Assembly (NCBI GenBank): GCA_964552475.1
Contig: CAZKFZ010000004.1
Coordinates: 1-64,000, forward strand
Direction: 5' to 3'
From: an uncultured Candidatus Saccharibacteria bacterium
Lineage (GTDB): Bacteria > Patescibacteriota > Saccharimonadia > CAILAD01 > BJGX01
Length of the DNA: 64,000 bases
The notes under the pieces were generated by a model. The model saw nothing but the letters and a program-made list of their open reading frames with translations. It had not been told where the DNA came from and did no database searches. Shown here piece by piece: positions 8,608-18,517 of this stretch. How positions within the stretch are numbered: position 1 is the first letter of the stretch; the number at the start of each line of letters is the position of its first letter. The position numbers and the translations under genes are program-made.

Positions 8608-9717
8608 ATGAAAAATGTTCTTATCTTAACTACTAGTTATGGTCAGGGTCACTTGGCAACGGCACGAGCCATAGAAGAAGGTTTGTTAGCACAATCTAGT
8701 GAGCCTATTAAGATAGAGATAGTTGATTTTACCGAAACAATTAGTAGTTTACTCAACAAGACCTCAAAAAAGATGTATGAAGACACATCAAAATACGCAC
8801 CTTTGTTATATAAGTTCTTTTTTGATTCCACTGATTTTCCACTACCTTTTATAGCCCTAAATAGCATTAACTACTACCTGAGTCGCGAGAAAATATTAAA
8901 CCTGTTTCACTCCAAAAACCCAGACTTAATCATTTGTAACTCACCACACTGGCAATACATAGCTTCGCTAGCTCGTGAAAAAGACTTTCAAGATGTTCCT
9001 TTGGTATCTGTTATTACCGACTCTATTACTATTCATGCCTCATGGGCAACTGGCGATAGCGATTACTACATAGCACCTAACACCGAAACTGCACATTCAT
9101 TACAAGAATTAGGGGTTAAAAAAGATCGAATCAAGGTTTTGGGCTACCCTATTAGTCTTAGTTTTTTAGATAAATCTTTTAATAAAGGTAAATTCTTACA
9201 AAGCGTAGATCTTGATAGTAGCAAAAAAATAATTCTATCACTCGTAACTGGTATGCGATCTAGCATAGCTAGTAAGACTATTAAGCAGCTCCAGCAGAAA
9301 ATGCCAGAAAGCCAGATAGTTGCCATTACTGGACGAGATCAACCTCTATATGAAAAGTTAAAGACCAACTTTGGCCCAACCATTAGACTAATTGGTTGGA
9401 CAGATAAAATATCGCAATATATTCTCGCAAGCGATCTGGTAATTACTAAGGCCGGTGGATCAACCGTAATGGAATGCCTAGGAGCAATTAAACCAGTAAT
9501 TATTTGTAAGATCATACCGGGCCAAGAAGAAGGTAACGCCGAATACATTACCAAGCACCACCTAGGTATTGTAGCTTTAGAGCCAGAAATGATTGCTCAT
9601 GCCACTCAAAGAATAATAAATAATTCTTCTGGTTATCGTAAAAGTATCAAAAAAGTTGCTACTCCTAAAGCAAGTCTATCTATCGCTACTTTTTTATTGA
9701 GTTTGATAAAAAAGTAG
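8608..9717 (+). CDS. MGDG-synthase/UgtP-like diacylglycerol glycosyltransferase (GT28 family)
   Basis: 369 aa. N-terminus ILTTSYGQGHLATARAIEEGL and C-terminal ITKAGGSTVMECL are typical of Monogalactosyldiacylglycerol-synthase/MurG-like GT28 enzymes. Confidence 0.7.
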   Translation: MKNVLILTTSYGQGHLATARAIEEGLLAQSSEPIKIEIVDFTETISSLLNKTSKKMYEDTSKYAPLLYKFFFDSTDFPLPFIALNSINYYLSREKILNLFHSKNPDLIICNSPHWQYIASLAREKDFQDVPLVSVITDSITIHASWATGDSDYYIAPNTETAHSLQELGVKKDRIKVLGYPISLSFLDKSFNKGKFLQSVDLDSSKKIILSLVTGMRSSIASKTIKQLQQKMPESQIVAITGRDQPLYEKLKTNFGPTIRLIGWTDKISQYILASDLVITKAGGSTVMECLGAIKPVIICKIIPGQEEGNAEYITKHHLGIVALEPEMIAHATQRIINNSSGYRKSIKKVATPKASLSIATFLLSLIKK

Positions 9718-9729
9718 CTAGTCTATTTT

Positions 9730-10845
9730 TTAAGTGTATTGTAAAACACACTTAGTAATATTTTTTGCAGCATCTACATGTTGCTGACGAATTTTCTCAT
9801 ACATGGAACCACCAATTTGCACCACTCCATCTAGTATGTCCTGTACAGCTATGACGGCTAGAGTATTAGTAGAAGCCCAAATACCAGCTTTGTTCTCAAC
9901 TACATAGAGTAGATTACCTTCTTCTTGGCCGGGCAGAAAATCAAAGAGTACTATGGGCAGACGACTAACAATACCTTCTACAATCGTACCTGGTCCAGCC
10001 TTGGTAAGAAGCACGTCGGCAGCTCGCATCATTGTAGGTATATCGTCTCTAAACTCATAAATATTAACTGGCTTTTGGAATTTTCTAGCCTTAAGAGTTT
10101 TATATAGGCTCTTGTTACGTCCAGCAATAATTGCCATATGAACATTTTGGTTCATTTTGTCGATTTTTCTCGACAACGAGTTTATCTTACCCATACCGTC
10201 ACCTCCGGCCATAATAAGTATTGTAGGTAAATCGGCCGGCCAACCTAGATCAGACTTGGCGGTTTGTTTGGTGAGCTTTACGTGACTATAATCCGCCGAT
10301 ACTGGCTGACCAATTACTTTCAGCCTTGAGGAAGGAACGCCAAACCCCCTAGCTCGCAAGTAACTTTCTTGGCTAGGTACTATTATTAAGTCGGCTCGCT
10401 TATCGAACCACATAGGGTGCCCAGTTACTAAGTCTGTTACCACTGTAATAAATGGTATTTTGCGATCATAAGTCTTTAATGTTGAGAGTATTGGGTTTAC
10501 TCCAAAATGACAAGACACTATCAGATCTGGAGCAAAGCGGTCAAGTAATTGTCTAAATTCTTTTTTGTACGGCATACCCATTGCCTCTAGAGCAAATTGA
10601 GCTCGTTTAGTGCCCTCGGTAAGCTTAAAGATTGTCCCCCACGCAGATTTTAACTTAGTGACCCCAGAGTACATTTTGGGAATGTCTCTAATTGGACGGG
10701 GTGCATTTTCCATAAAATCATGGTGTATTACCTCTACCTTGTCGGAGTGTTTTTCTAGTTCATTAATAATCGCCAGTGCAGCAGCCCTATGTCCTCCACC
10801 AGTTCTGGCAGAAATAACCAATACACGTTTTTTGTTCTTCACCAT
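9730..10845 (-). CDS. Second GT28 (MGDG-synthase/UgtP-like) glycosyltransferase
   Basis: ORF extends to 11067, but the conserved N-terminus MVKNKKRVLVISARTGGGHRAAALAI starts at 10845. C-terminal LTKAGPGTIVEGI motif present. Confidence 0.7.
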   Translation of the reverse strand: MVKNKKRVLVISARTGGGHRAAALAIINELEKHSDKVEVIHHDFMENAPRPIRDIPKMYSGVTKLKSAWGTIFKLTEGTKRAQFALEAMGMPYKKEFRQLLDRFAPDLIVSCHFGVNPILSTLKTYDRKIPFITVVTDLVTGHPMWFDKRADLIIVPSQESYLRARGFGVPSSRLKVIGQPVSADYSHVKLTKQTAKSDLGWPADLPTILIMAGGDGMGKINSLSRKIDKMNQNVHMAIIAGRNKSLYKTLKARKFQKPVNIYEFRDDIPTMMRAADVLLTKAGPGTIVEGIVSRLPIVLFDFLPGQEEGNLLYVVENKAGIWASTNTLAVIAVQDILDGVVQIGGSMYEKIRQQHVDAAKNITKCVLQYT

Positions 10846-10908
10846 ATATTCATACATTATCACACTTTTTGCACCAATAGGACAATACTGATACCATAAG
10901 AGGTATAT

Positions 10909-11943
10909 ATGTCTATTCCAAACCCCCATAAACAAACCCATAGCACGACTAAAGAATCTGGTATAAATGATCATAACCCTATACACTCCCGTATTACCCC
11001 AGCACATCGAGGTATTAAACTTAACGTAAAAGGGATAGAAACCGATATGCGTCGGGATTATCTGCATGACAGCTTAGTTATTATTGCACCAAATCGTGGT
11101 AATCGCCCTTACGACACCAAAGACACAGGCCATATACTTATTGAGACTGCCTCGAGCCCAAGACTTGATCGTAATCTTGAAGTTTGTAAGCTCAAAAATA
11201 AGCGTGGTGGTTGGTATGTAAAGGTGGTTGAAAATAAATACCCGAGTCTTACCCCAAACAACCCTCAAGCATATGGTAAGCAAGAGATTGTAATAGATAC
11301 ACCGCTTGCCAACACTCCCTTCGCTCGACTGAGTGAGACACAAATAATTTCAATATTTGAAACTTACCAAGCCCGTACCACCAACCTTCTAGATCAAAAC
11401 GGTATTGAATATGTATTGGTGTTTCGCAACGACGGCTATTCTGCCGGTGCCAGCCTCGCCCATGCTCACAGTCAAATATTTGCTTTGCCAATAATACCCC
11501 AAAAATTTCTGCGAGAATCTCAGCTTGCTGAAGATTATCAAAAAGAGAATAAGCGTAACGCCTATGAAGATATTATTGAATATGAAAAAAAATCAAAATC
11601 TAGAATAATTATTGAAGACGAACACTGGTTGGTTTTTTGTCCATTCGCTAGTCAGTGGCCTTTTGAATTCTGGATGCTTCCCAAAAGACACTTTAGTCTG
11701 TCTACCGACATAAACAAAACAGAGCTTAAGTCACTCGCTCGTCATCTTAAAAAATACCTAAAAAAACTTAACCTACATAAAATCAATCACAATATGTACC
11801 TAGAGAACGGTGTAAGTAAGAATCATCGTTTCTGTTTAAAGGTTTGTGGTAGATCAAACACTTGGGGAGGTTTTGAACTTGCAACAAGCATTGTAATAAA
11901 TACTGTACCACCAGAGTCAGCAGCACAATGGTATAGAGAATAA
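10909..11943 (+). CDS. Galactose-1-phosphate uridylyltransferase-like (GalT/HIT superfamily) protein
   Basis: 344 aa. HAHSQIF (HxHxQ) nucleotidyl-transfer motif in a GalT-like context. Divergent from the GT28 gene. Confidence 0.6.
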   Translation: MSIPNPHKQTHSTTKESGINDHNPIHSRITPAHRGIKLNVKGIETDMRRDYLHDSLVIIAPNRGNRPYDTKDTGHILIETASSPRLDRNLEVCKLKNKRGGWYVKVVENKYPSLTPNNPQAYGKQEIVIDTPLANTPFARLSETQIISIFETYQARTTNLLDQNGIEYVLVFRNDGYSAGASLAHAHSQIFALPIIPQKFLRESQLAEDYQKENKRNAYEDIIEYEKKSKSRIIIEDEHWLVFCPFASQWPFEFWMLPKRHFSLSTDINKTELKSLARHLKKYLKKLNLHKINHNMYLENGVSKNHRFCLKVCGRSNTWGGFELATSIVINTVPPESAAQWYRE

Positions 11944-12013
11944 ATTTAGCCCTTATTTGCTTTTCGTATTATATTCGTATATTATGATAAAAAAGTACTA
12001 AATAGGGGGTAAA

Positions 12014-13525
12014 ATGTTAGCGAATATTCAAGCAGTGAGTCATGTAGGTTTAGAAAGTCAACTAATTGAGGTGGAGGCCGATATGCACAACGGTCTACCG
12101 GCTTTTATTATTGTTGGTCTTGCTAATAAGGCAGTCGATGAAGCCAAGGAACGTGTCCGAGCTGCACTTAAAAACTCTAGACTACACATTCCACCAAGAC
12201 GTATCACTCTAAACCTCGCTCCCGCCGATCTACCTAAAAACGGTTCTGGGTTTGATCTAGCAATGGCTGTTGGCTTACTAGTAGCTAGTGGTCAGGTAGA
12301 ACCTATCCCCTCAGACTGTCTTTTCTGTGGTGAGTTAGGCCTAGACGGTACTACACGTAACGTTGCAGGGGCTTTAGCCACGGCTCAGGCAGCTACAAAA
12401 TTTGGTATAAAGAAGCTTTTTATATCTGAGAGTGTTGCAGCTCAAGCAGCGATGATTAATTCACTCGTAGTCTACCCTGTAAAGAATTTATTCGAGCTAT
12501 ACCAACATCTCTTGGGCGAAAAGCTTATCGCCCCGTATGAACGCCCCAGCTTTGAAGGAACTACAAAGAGCTCAAAGGTTGATCTTGCCGAAGTTTACGG
12601 TCAAGAACAAGCCAAGCGCGCAATCGAAATTGCAGCGGCCGGTAATCATAATATAATCATGTCTGGCCCTCCGGGGTCGGGTAAAACCTTGCTCGCCAAA
12701 GCTATAGCCGGACTCCTACCCGCTCCTAGTTATAGTGAAATGCTAGAAATAACACGCATCCATAGTCTATCTGGTTCGGCTCAGGCCGAGGTGATTACAT
12801 CTCGACCCTTTCGCAATCCACATCACACCGCTAGTAGTATTGCGCTAATTGGTGGTGGACAATGGCCTAGACCTGGAGAAATCAGTCTTGCACACCGTGG
12901 CATACTCTTTTTAGACGAATTACCAGAGTTTCCAAGGAATGTTTTAGAAGTACTAAGACAGCCACTTGAGGATGGTACCGTTACTATAAGTAGAGCATCT
13001 GCATCCTATCAGTTTCCAGCCCAATTTCTGCTAGTTGCCGCCCAAAATCCATGTCCTTGTGGTTATTCTGGCGATAGTACTCAGGTATGTAGTTGTTCAC
13101 CAGCTCAGCTCAACCGCTACCACACTAGAGTATCTGGGCCTTTACTCGATAGAATTGATCTGCAAGTGCATGTAGACAAGATCGATAGTAGTAAATTGTT
13201 AAAAGGTAAGGCGTCGGAGTCTAGTGAAGAGGTTGCAAAGAGAGTTTTAGAGGCTAGATTGGTGCAGACAAAACGCTTTAAAAATATGGGTTTAATAACA
13301 AATGACCAAATGACCAACTCTCAAATTCGAGTATTCTGTAATCTCAAGCCAGAAGTAGAAAAGCTCGCTGAAATGGCACTTAACAAAATGAACTTAAGTG
13401 CGCGTAGCTATATGAGAATATTAAAAGTCGCAAGAACAATAGCCGATCTAGATAGTAGTAAAGAGATTAGTACCGAACACTTCACCGAAGCACTTCAATA
13501 TAGACTATCTAGAGCTACAGCCTAG
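12014..13525 (+). CDS. YifB/ComM family Mg-chelatase-like AAA+ ATPase
   Basis: 503 aa. ChlI-like N-terminus (LESQLIEVEADMHNGLPAFIIVGL), Walker A GPPGSGKT, and the conserved C-terminal MNLSARSYMRILKVARTIADL. Confidence 0.85.
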   Translation: MLANIQAVSHVGLESQLIEVEADMHNGLPAFIIVGLANKAVDEAKERVRAALKNSRLHIPPRRITLNLAPADLPKNGSGFDLAMAVGLLVASGQVEPIPSDCLFCGELGLDGTTRNVAGALATAQAATKFGIKKLFISESVAAQAAMINSLVVYPVKNLFELYQHLLGEKLIAPYERPSFEGTTKSSKVDLAEVYGQEQAKRAIEIAAAGNHNIIMSGPPGSGKTLLAKAIAGLLPAPSYSEMLEITRIHSLSGSAQAEVITSRPFRNPHHTASSIALIGGGQWPRPGEISLAHRGILFLDELPEFPRNVLEVLRQPLEDGTVTISRASASYQFPAQFLLVAAQNPCPCGYSGDSTQVCSCSPAQLNRYHTRVSGPLLDRIDLQVHVDKIDSSKLLKGKASESSEEVAKRVLEARLVQTKRFKNMGLITNDQMTNSQIRVFCNLKPEVEKLAEMALNKMNLSARSYMRILKVARTIADLDSSKEISTEHFTEALQYRLSRATA

Positions 13526-13540
13526 ATCCTAATGTTGTTA

Positions 13541-13855
13541 TTAAAACTTAATGATAGAGTAAACTTGAGTACCAATACTTGTTTTGTCTAGTAAAAGATA
13601 TAATACACCAAATACTAATAGTATACCCACTATTAATGTAAAAGAGCGCCTAACATCGTGCCTAAAGTACCTAACAGCCATATCTTCTTGCTGGGTAGGG
13701 CTACTCTTTGTGTAAGGCTTAGCAGATTTTGATTCTTTACTTAATTTAGTACCTTCAACAACCTCTTTTTTAGCTGTCTGAGGGTTGGTAGAGATATTCT
13801 TCCTCTGTGCATTCTTCTGCTTACGAGTTTTTCTGTGTTTCTTCTTTTTTGCCAT
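13541..13855 (-). CDS. Hypothetical lysine-rich membrane protein
   Basis: 104 aa. Highly basic N-terminus followed by one TM helix. Confidence 0.4.
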   Translation of the reverse strand: MAKKKKHRKTRKQKNAQRKNISTNPQTAKKEVVEGTKLSKESKSAKPYTKSSPTQQEDMAVRYFRHDVRRSFTLIVGILLVFGVLYLLLDKTSIGTQVYSIIKF

Positions 13856-13946
13856 AGTATTATCCCCTTCTGGATACCATTTTAGCAGGTTCTATATTGA
13901 ATTTGCCAATTAACTCCTTTCAAAGCTATAATAGAAACCAACTACC

Positions 13947-14420
13947 ATGGTTGTGTTGATTATTTTATTTTGTCTGTCAATTGTTGCTCTTGCCTATTCG
14001 CAATGGCGTTTTTTACAACTCCAAAAAAAATATGGCCAGTTTCTACAGGGCGCAGATGCAAAAAAAATTGAAGATTTAATTAAGAAATACTCTAAAGATG
14101 TAGATGATTCATTGCAAAAACTTGATGAAATGGCGCAATTTAGTGCAAATATGCACAAACAAATACAGTTCGCTGTTTCTAAGCAAGCTCTGATTCGCTT
14201 TAACCCTTTTGGTGACACTGGCGGAGACCAGAGTTTTGTACTCGCACTACTAGATAATCACAATAATGGTGTAATTATCTCTAGTGTGCATGCCCGTACG
14301 GGTACCCGAGTTTATGCAAAAGAGATATCTAAAGGTCTTAGTAAGTACAACCTATCAGATGAAGAAACTATTGCACTTCAAAAGGCTCTAAATAGTAAAA
14401 AGAAACAAGAAAATAAATAG
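13947..14420 (+). CDS. DUF4446-like membrane-anchored protein
   Basis: 157 aa. N-terminal TM, then ...IRFNPFGDTGGDQSFVLALLD...GVIISSVHAR..., as seen in DUF4446 proteins. Confidence 0.5.
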   Translation: MVVLIILFCLSIVALAYSQWRFLQLQKKYGQFLQGADAKKIEDLIKKYSKDVDDSLQKLDEMAQFSANMHKQIQFAVSKQALIRFNPFGDTGGDQSFVLALLDNHNNGVIISSVHARTGTRVYAKEISKGLSKYNLSDEETIALQKALNSKKKQENK

Positions 14421-14422
14421 CT

Positions 14423-14788
14423 ATGTTTTCAATATTTAAAAAAACCCCCCAAGAACTACCCTTTAACAGCTTCGCGGAGTATTATATTGGACCAGGGATT
14501 AAGGTTAAGGGTGAATTTAAAACCGACCAAGATATATATATAGATGGGGCGTTCACAGGTAATATTACTACTACTGGCTTAGTCGAACTAGCAAAAAACT
14601 CTTCAGTAAATGCAAGCATTTTTGCTAGGACAGCTATTTTTGAAGGTGAGTATAGTGGTAAATGTATTATTAGCGACGAGCTACACATTACAAGTTGTGC
14701 AACTCTAGTTGGCGATGTAAAAACACAGAATATTTTGGTAGATAAGGGAGCTATTATTAAGGCTGGCATACAGATGGAGAGAGGTTAG
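14423..14788 (+). CDS. Bactofilin (DUF583) cytoskeletal protein
   Basis: 121 aa. Beta-helical repeat pattern IDGAFTGNITTTGLVEL...ASIFARTAIFEGEYSGK...LVGDVKTQNILVDKGAII. Confidence 0.7.
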   Translation: MFSIFKKTPQELPFNSFAEYYIGPGIKVKGEFKTDQDIYIDGAFTGNITTTGLVELAKNSSVNASIFARTAIFEGEYSGKCIISDELHITSCATLVGDVKTQNILVDKGAIIKAGIQMERG

Positions 14789-15601
14789 ATGTACGCTTTA
14801 TTTTATGATAAAAGCGCTCTAGACTCACAGTCGCTAACTAGCTATATTTCTGAGTGGAAAATTACAAAAAATATTGCTGGAGAAGATTTTAAAATACACA
14901 ATGTTGATGAAATTACTACATTGTGTCGTGAATATGGTCAAAAATACACTACAGTGATTGCTGTGGGTACCGACAGAACATTCGATACACTAGTAGGTCA
15001 GTCGAAACATCTAAATCCAGACGTTGTGTTTGGTTACATACCGAGTAATCTCAATATATTAGCTAGAAGAATTGGCGTAAAAGACTATAAAGAAGCATGT
15101 GATGTGATAGCCCAACGAAAAATTATTGAGCTTACTGCATTGTCTTGTGGTCAAAACTATTTTCTCTTTCAATTAGAAATTAATGTTGAACAAAATGAAT
15201 CCAAGAATCAAAGAAAAGTGCTCATACAAATAGATGATTCAATAGAGATTAGTCTTTCAACCGATAACATTGTCTTGCACAACAGAAATCAAGAGCTACT
15301 GCCACATAACACCGCAATACTCTTAGAGGCCTTTAGTAAACCTTTAAATTCAAGTGGAGATGGTAACTTGCTAAAAATTGCTTCATCACGTTTGAAAAAA
15401 AGCGGGTCTTCAAATAGCCAATTACAACTTAGAGTTCCTGGCGACAAGATAAGAATAGAGTCGTCTACTCCGCTATCAGATGCTCATGCTGGCCTAATCA
15501 AACAATCAATTAGGGTAGGATTTAGTAAGAAAGCTATTAGATTAATAGTTAAGAAGGGCCAGGAATTGCAGGCTATCATGTCTCCAGGGTTGATTTCTTA
15601 A
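14789..15601 (+). CDS. Hypothetical protein, possibly degenerate DAGK/YegS-like lipid-kinase fold
   Basis: 270 aa. VIAVGTDRTFDTLVG...FGYIPSNLNILARRIG resembles the catalytic region of diacylglycerol-kinase-like proteins, but the GGDGT motif is not conserved. Confidence 0.35.
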   Translation: MYALFYDKSALDSQSLTSYISEWKITKNIAGEDFKIHNVDEITTLCREYGQKYTTVIAVGTDRTFDTLVGQSKHLNPDVVFGYIPSNLNILARRIGVKDYKEACDVIAQRKIIELTALSCGQNYFLFQLEINVEQNESKNQRKVLIQIDDSIEISLSTDNIVLHNRNQELLPHNTAILLEAFSKPLNSSGDGNLLKIASSRLKKSGSSNSQLQLRVPGDKIRIESSTPLSDAHAGLIKQSIRVGFSKKAIRLIVKKGQELQAIMSPGLIS

Positions 15602-15641
15602 ATCTATCATGCTATTATTGTCTGGAGCTTAAGGAGATAAC

Positions 15642-16202
15642 ATAAAAAAACAGCGTCTACGTCTAAATCATGAAATAAAAGCCTCTTCAGTGAGATTACT
15701 AGGAGAAGATGGTGAACAACTGGGTGTTGTTACGCTTAATGAGGCTCTTAAAATGGCAGAGTCACATGGTTACGACCTGGCTGAAGTATCTCCAGCCGCC
15801 AATCCACCCGTTTGTAAATTGTTAGATTGGGGTAAATACCAATATGAACAAGAGAAACAACGTCAGAAGAGTCGTAAGAATCAAAAAAGCGTTGAAGTCA
15901 AACAAATTAGAATGGGTTTAAAGATTGGTACGCACGATATAGAAGTTAAGCAACGAGCGGCTCGAAAGTTCCTAGAGTCTGGTAACAAAGTGAAGATAAC
16001 AGCTCGTTTTAAAGGAAGAGAGATGGCTCATCAAGAACTTGGTAAGGTAGTTCTAAATAAGTTTTTTGAAGGTCTATCCGATGTAGCCATTCAAGAATCT
16101 GAGGTGTCAATGACTGGTAGAGATATGTCTATTATTGTTCATCTCAAGAAAGAACTAGTCTCTAACCCTTCAAAATCAGATAGTAAATCTAGTAATACAT
16201 AA
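15642..16202 (+). CDS. infC: Translation initiation factor IF-3, non-canonical AUA start
   Basis: Conserved ...NHEIKASSVRLLGEDGEQLGVVTLNEALKMAE... The reading frame is open upstream to 15633. AAGGAG is followed 5 nt later by ATA at 15642, and no in-frame ATG exists before the conserved N-terminus. Confidence 0.8.
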   Translation: MKKQRLRLNHEIKASSVRLLGEDGEQLGVVTLNEALKMAESHGYDLAEVSPAANPPVCKLLDWGKYQYEQEKQRQKSRKNQKSVEVKQIRMGLKIGTHDIEVKQRAARKFLESGNKVKITARFKGREMAHQELGKVVLNKFFEGLSDVAIQESEVSMTGRDMSIIVHLKKELVSNPSKSDSKSSNT

Positions 16203-16229
16203 CATTATAACAAGGTAAGGTTATTAAAA

Positions 16230-16427
16230 ATGCCCAAGCAAAAGACCAATAAAACCATGTCAAAACGTATAAAAGTTACCGGAACCGGTAAAGTTTTGCG
16301 TAGAAAAGCTACTAGAGCTCACAAACTCACGCTCAAATCAAGCTCTCGTAAGCGTGCCTATACTTTAGAACATGGCATGGCAAAAGGTGATAGTAAGAAT
16401 GCCAAAAAAATGGTGGGAGTTAAATAG
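16230..16427 (+). CDS. rpmI: 50S ribosomal protein L35
   Basis: 65 aa. MPKQKTNKTMSKRIKVTGTGKVLRRKA... Confidence 0.9.
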   Translation: MPKQKTNKTMSKRIKVTGTGKVLRRKATRAHKLTLKSSSRKRAYTLEHGMAKGDSKNAKKMVGVK

Positions 16428-16437
16428 GAATTATATT

Positions 16438-16779
16438 ATGAGAGTAAAACGCGGTGTAACCACCCATAAACGCCACAAAAAAATCATTAAGCTTACCAAG
16501 GGTTATAGCAAAACTCGCCGAGCTAGCTATAGAAAGGCTCACGAGGCCGTACTCAAAGCCTTAAGTTATCAGTACAGAGACAGACGCAATATCAAACGAG
16601 ACATGCGATCACTTTGGATCACCAGAATAAGTGCGGCTGCGAAACTAAACGGCACAAACTACTCTAGCTTAACTCACGGACTCAAAGCTGCCGATATCAA
16701 GATTGATCGTAAAATCTTAGCTGAATTAGCCGTTAGCCAGCCAAAAGCTTTTGAAGCAATAGTCAAAACTGTTAAGTAG
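16438..16779 (+). CDS. rplT: 50S ribosomal protein L20
   Basis: MRVKRGVTTHKRHKKIIKLTKGY... The ORF opens at 16372, but the conserved start is at 16438, after the rpmI stop. Confidence 0.9.
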   Translation: MRVKRGVTTHKRHKKIIKLTKGYSKTRRASYRKAHEAVLKALSYQYRDRRNIKRDMRSLWITRISAAAKLNGTNYSSLTHGLKAADIKIDRKILAELAVSQPKAFEAIVKTVK

Positions 16780-16784
16780 CTTAC

Positions 16785-17267
16785 TTATACAATACGCCAG
16801 TTTCCTTCTTCTCTACGAAGGCATAGCAACTTGCTCTTGCCGTCTACTGCATAACTTACGGTTGCGTTACGGTAACCACCTTGAATTTTGTTAAAATTAC
16901 TAATTGATTCTTTCTCATGAGCTTCAATATAAGTAGTAAGTTCAAATAAAATTTCTTCTGTAGCATTCGTAGTAATCATCTCACCCTTTTTTATATCTCG
17001 CAAAGCAAAATCGCAAGCTAGCTCAAAATCGGCTCGTGTGTTTGGTTTTGAAGAATGGTTTGTATATCTTGAAGGTATGTCATAAAGATACATTTTACCC
17101 CAAAAACTATGCACAAATTTACGCTCAAGTGTATCTAATTTATTATATTCGTTTTGTGATAATTGTTTTAACCGCCACTCTAAAACTTTTTCACCAATAC
17201 GAAAATCATGATTGGCATAAATACCTTTACTATCAATCTTACCACTGCCAATTAAAATACTTGCCAT
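16785..17267 (-). CDS. SET-domain protein (putative protein lysine methyltransferase)
   Basis: 160 aa. ...RYTNHSSKPN... matches the SET NHSCxPN motif, with a downstream ELxxDF-type region. Convergent with rplT, 5 nt between stops. Confidence 0.6.
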   Translation of the reverse strand: MASILIGSGKIDSKGIYANHDFRIGEKVLEWRLKQLSQNEYNKLDTLERKFVHSFWGKMYLYDIPSRYTNHSSKPNTRADFELACDFALRDIKKGEMITTNATEEILFELTTYIEAHEKESISNFNKIQGGYRNATVSYAVDGKSKLLCLRREEGNWRIV

Positions 17268-17269
17268 TG

Positions 17270-18517
17270 TTATAAAGACTTTAGAGCCTGTATTGGACGC
17301 TTTCTAGCAGCTTTAATAGCCGGCGCGACTCCAAACACTACTCCAACCGTTAAAGACACTCCTAAGGCGAGTATAAGAGCTTTGATGCTAAATACGGGCG
17401 TGATACCGGCAAATCTTTTTACTAATAGACCTGCTAGGTAGCTAAGTAGCAAGCCAAGTAGTCCACCTATAATAGAAAGTATAATAGCTTCAATTAAAAA
17501 CTGACTAAGTATATTGCCGCTGGTTGCACCAATAGCCTTTCTTATGCCAATCTCTCTAGTACGTTCAGTTACAGATACTAACATTATGTTCATAATGCCA
17601 ATACCCCCCACTAATAGACTGATTGCTGCGATAGCCACAACAAAAGTAGTTAATAAATCCAAGATAGTATTAAATGTAGAGAGTAAATCTTCTTGAGTAA
17701 GCACACTAAAATCTTCCTGACCACCATGATTTTTTTTGATAGTTTCTTTTATGCTTTCTTGGGTACTTGCAATATTTTCAGAAGAGTTTACCTGAGTTAT
17801 TATACGAAATATTTGGTTTGAGCCGGTAATTGCGCTTGCAGTGTTTGCAGGAATATATACAATATCGTCTGAACTTGCTCCCAGCCCAGACCCAGAATCT
17901 GATTTTTTTACTACTCCAATCACCTCAAACTGTTGTCCGCGAATACCAATTCTTTTACCAATAGCTGCGCTATCCCCAAAAAGATTTTGCTTGGTATCAG
18001 CACCTATAACCGCAACTCTAGCCTTGGATTCATCTTCTGAGTTTGTAAAAAATTTACCACTCTCATACTGTAGTTGTCTTATATCATTAAAACTCGAGGT
18101 AGTACCTACTATAAATGGTGAACTAGTAGATAATGTATCGTAAGTTACAACAGACGAAACTATATTGTATGGTGCAGTGTTAATAATGTTTTTTGTTTGT
18201 TCAATACTCTTTACGTCTTCGTCGGTTAGGGTTGAACTACCAATACTGCTAGCGAAGTTAAAACTACCGCTGCTTTTCTGTTGTTGACCATTTTTTGCTG
18301 TAGAAGTACTATTACCGATCTGGCCAGATGACACTGTTAGTAAGTTTGCTCCTAAACCAGATACTTCTCCGCTCACCTGGACTTTCACACCATCTCCAAT
18401 TCCTATCATTACTAAAACAGCAAACACTCCAATAACAATACCTAGCATAGTTAAAAAAGATCGCATTTTAGCTGATTTAATACTAATTAGAGCCATCTTA
18501 ATATTCTGAAAAATCAT
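17270..18517 (-). CDS. ABC transporter permease, FtsX/MacB-like
   Basis: 415 aa. N-terminal TM, large extracytoplasmic MacB-like domain, and a C-terminal FtsX 4-TM bundle. Confidence 0.8.
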   Translation of the reverse strand: MIFQNIKMALISIKSAKMRSFLTMLGIVIGVFAVLVMIGIGDGVKVQVSGEVSGLGANLLTVSSGQIGNSTSTAKNGQQQKSSGSFNFASSIGSSTLTDEDVKSIEQTKNIINTAPYNIVSSVVTYDTLSTSSPFIVGTTSSFNDIRQLQYESGKFFTNSEDESKARVAVIGADTKQNLFGDSAAIGKRIGIRGQQFEVIGVVKKSDSGSGLGASSDDIVYIPANTASAITGSNQIFRIITQVNSSENIASTQESIKETIKKNHGGQEDFSVLTQEDLLSTFNTILDLLTTFVVAIAAISLLVGGIGIMNIMLVSVTERTREIGIRKAIGATSGNILSQFLIEAIILSIIGGLLGLLLSYLAGLLVKRFAGITPVFSIKALILALGVSLTVGVVFGVAPAIKAARKRPIQALKSL

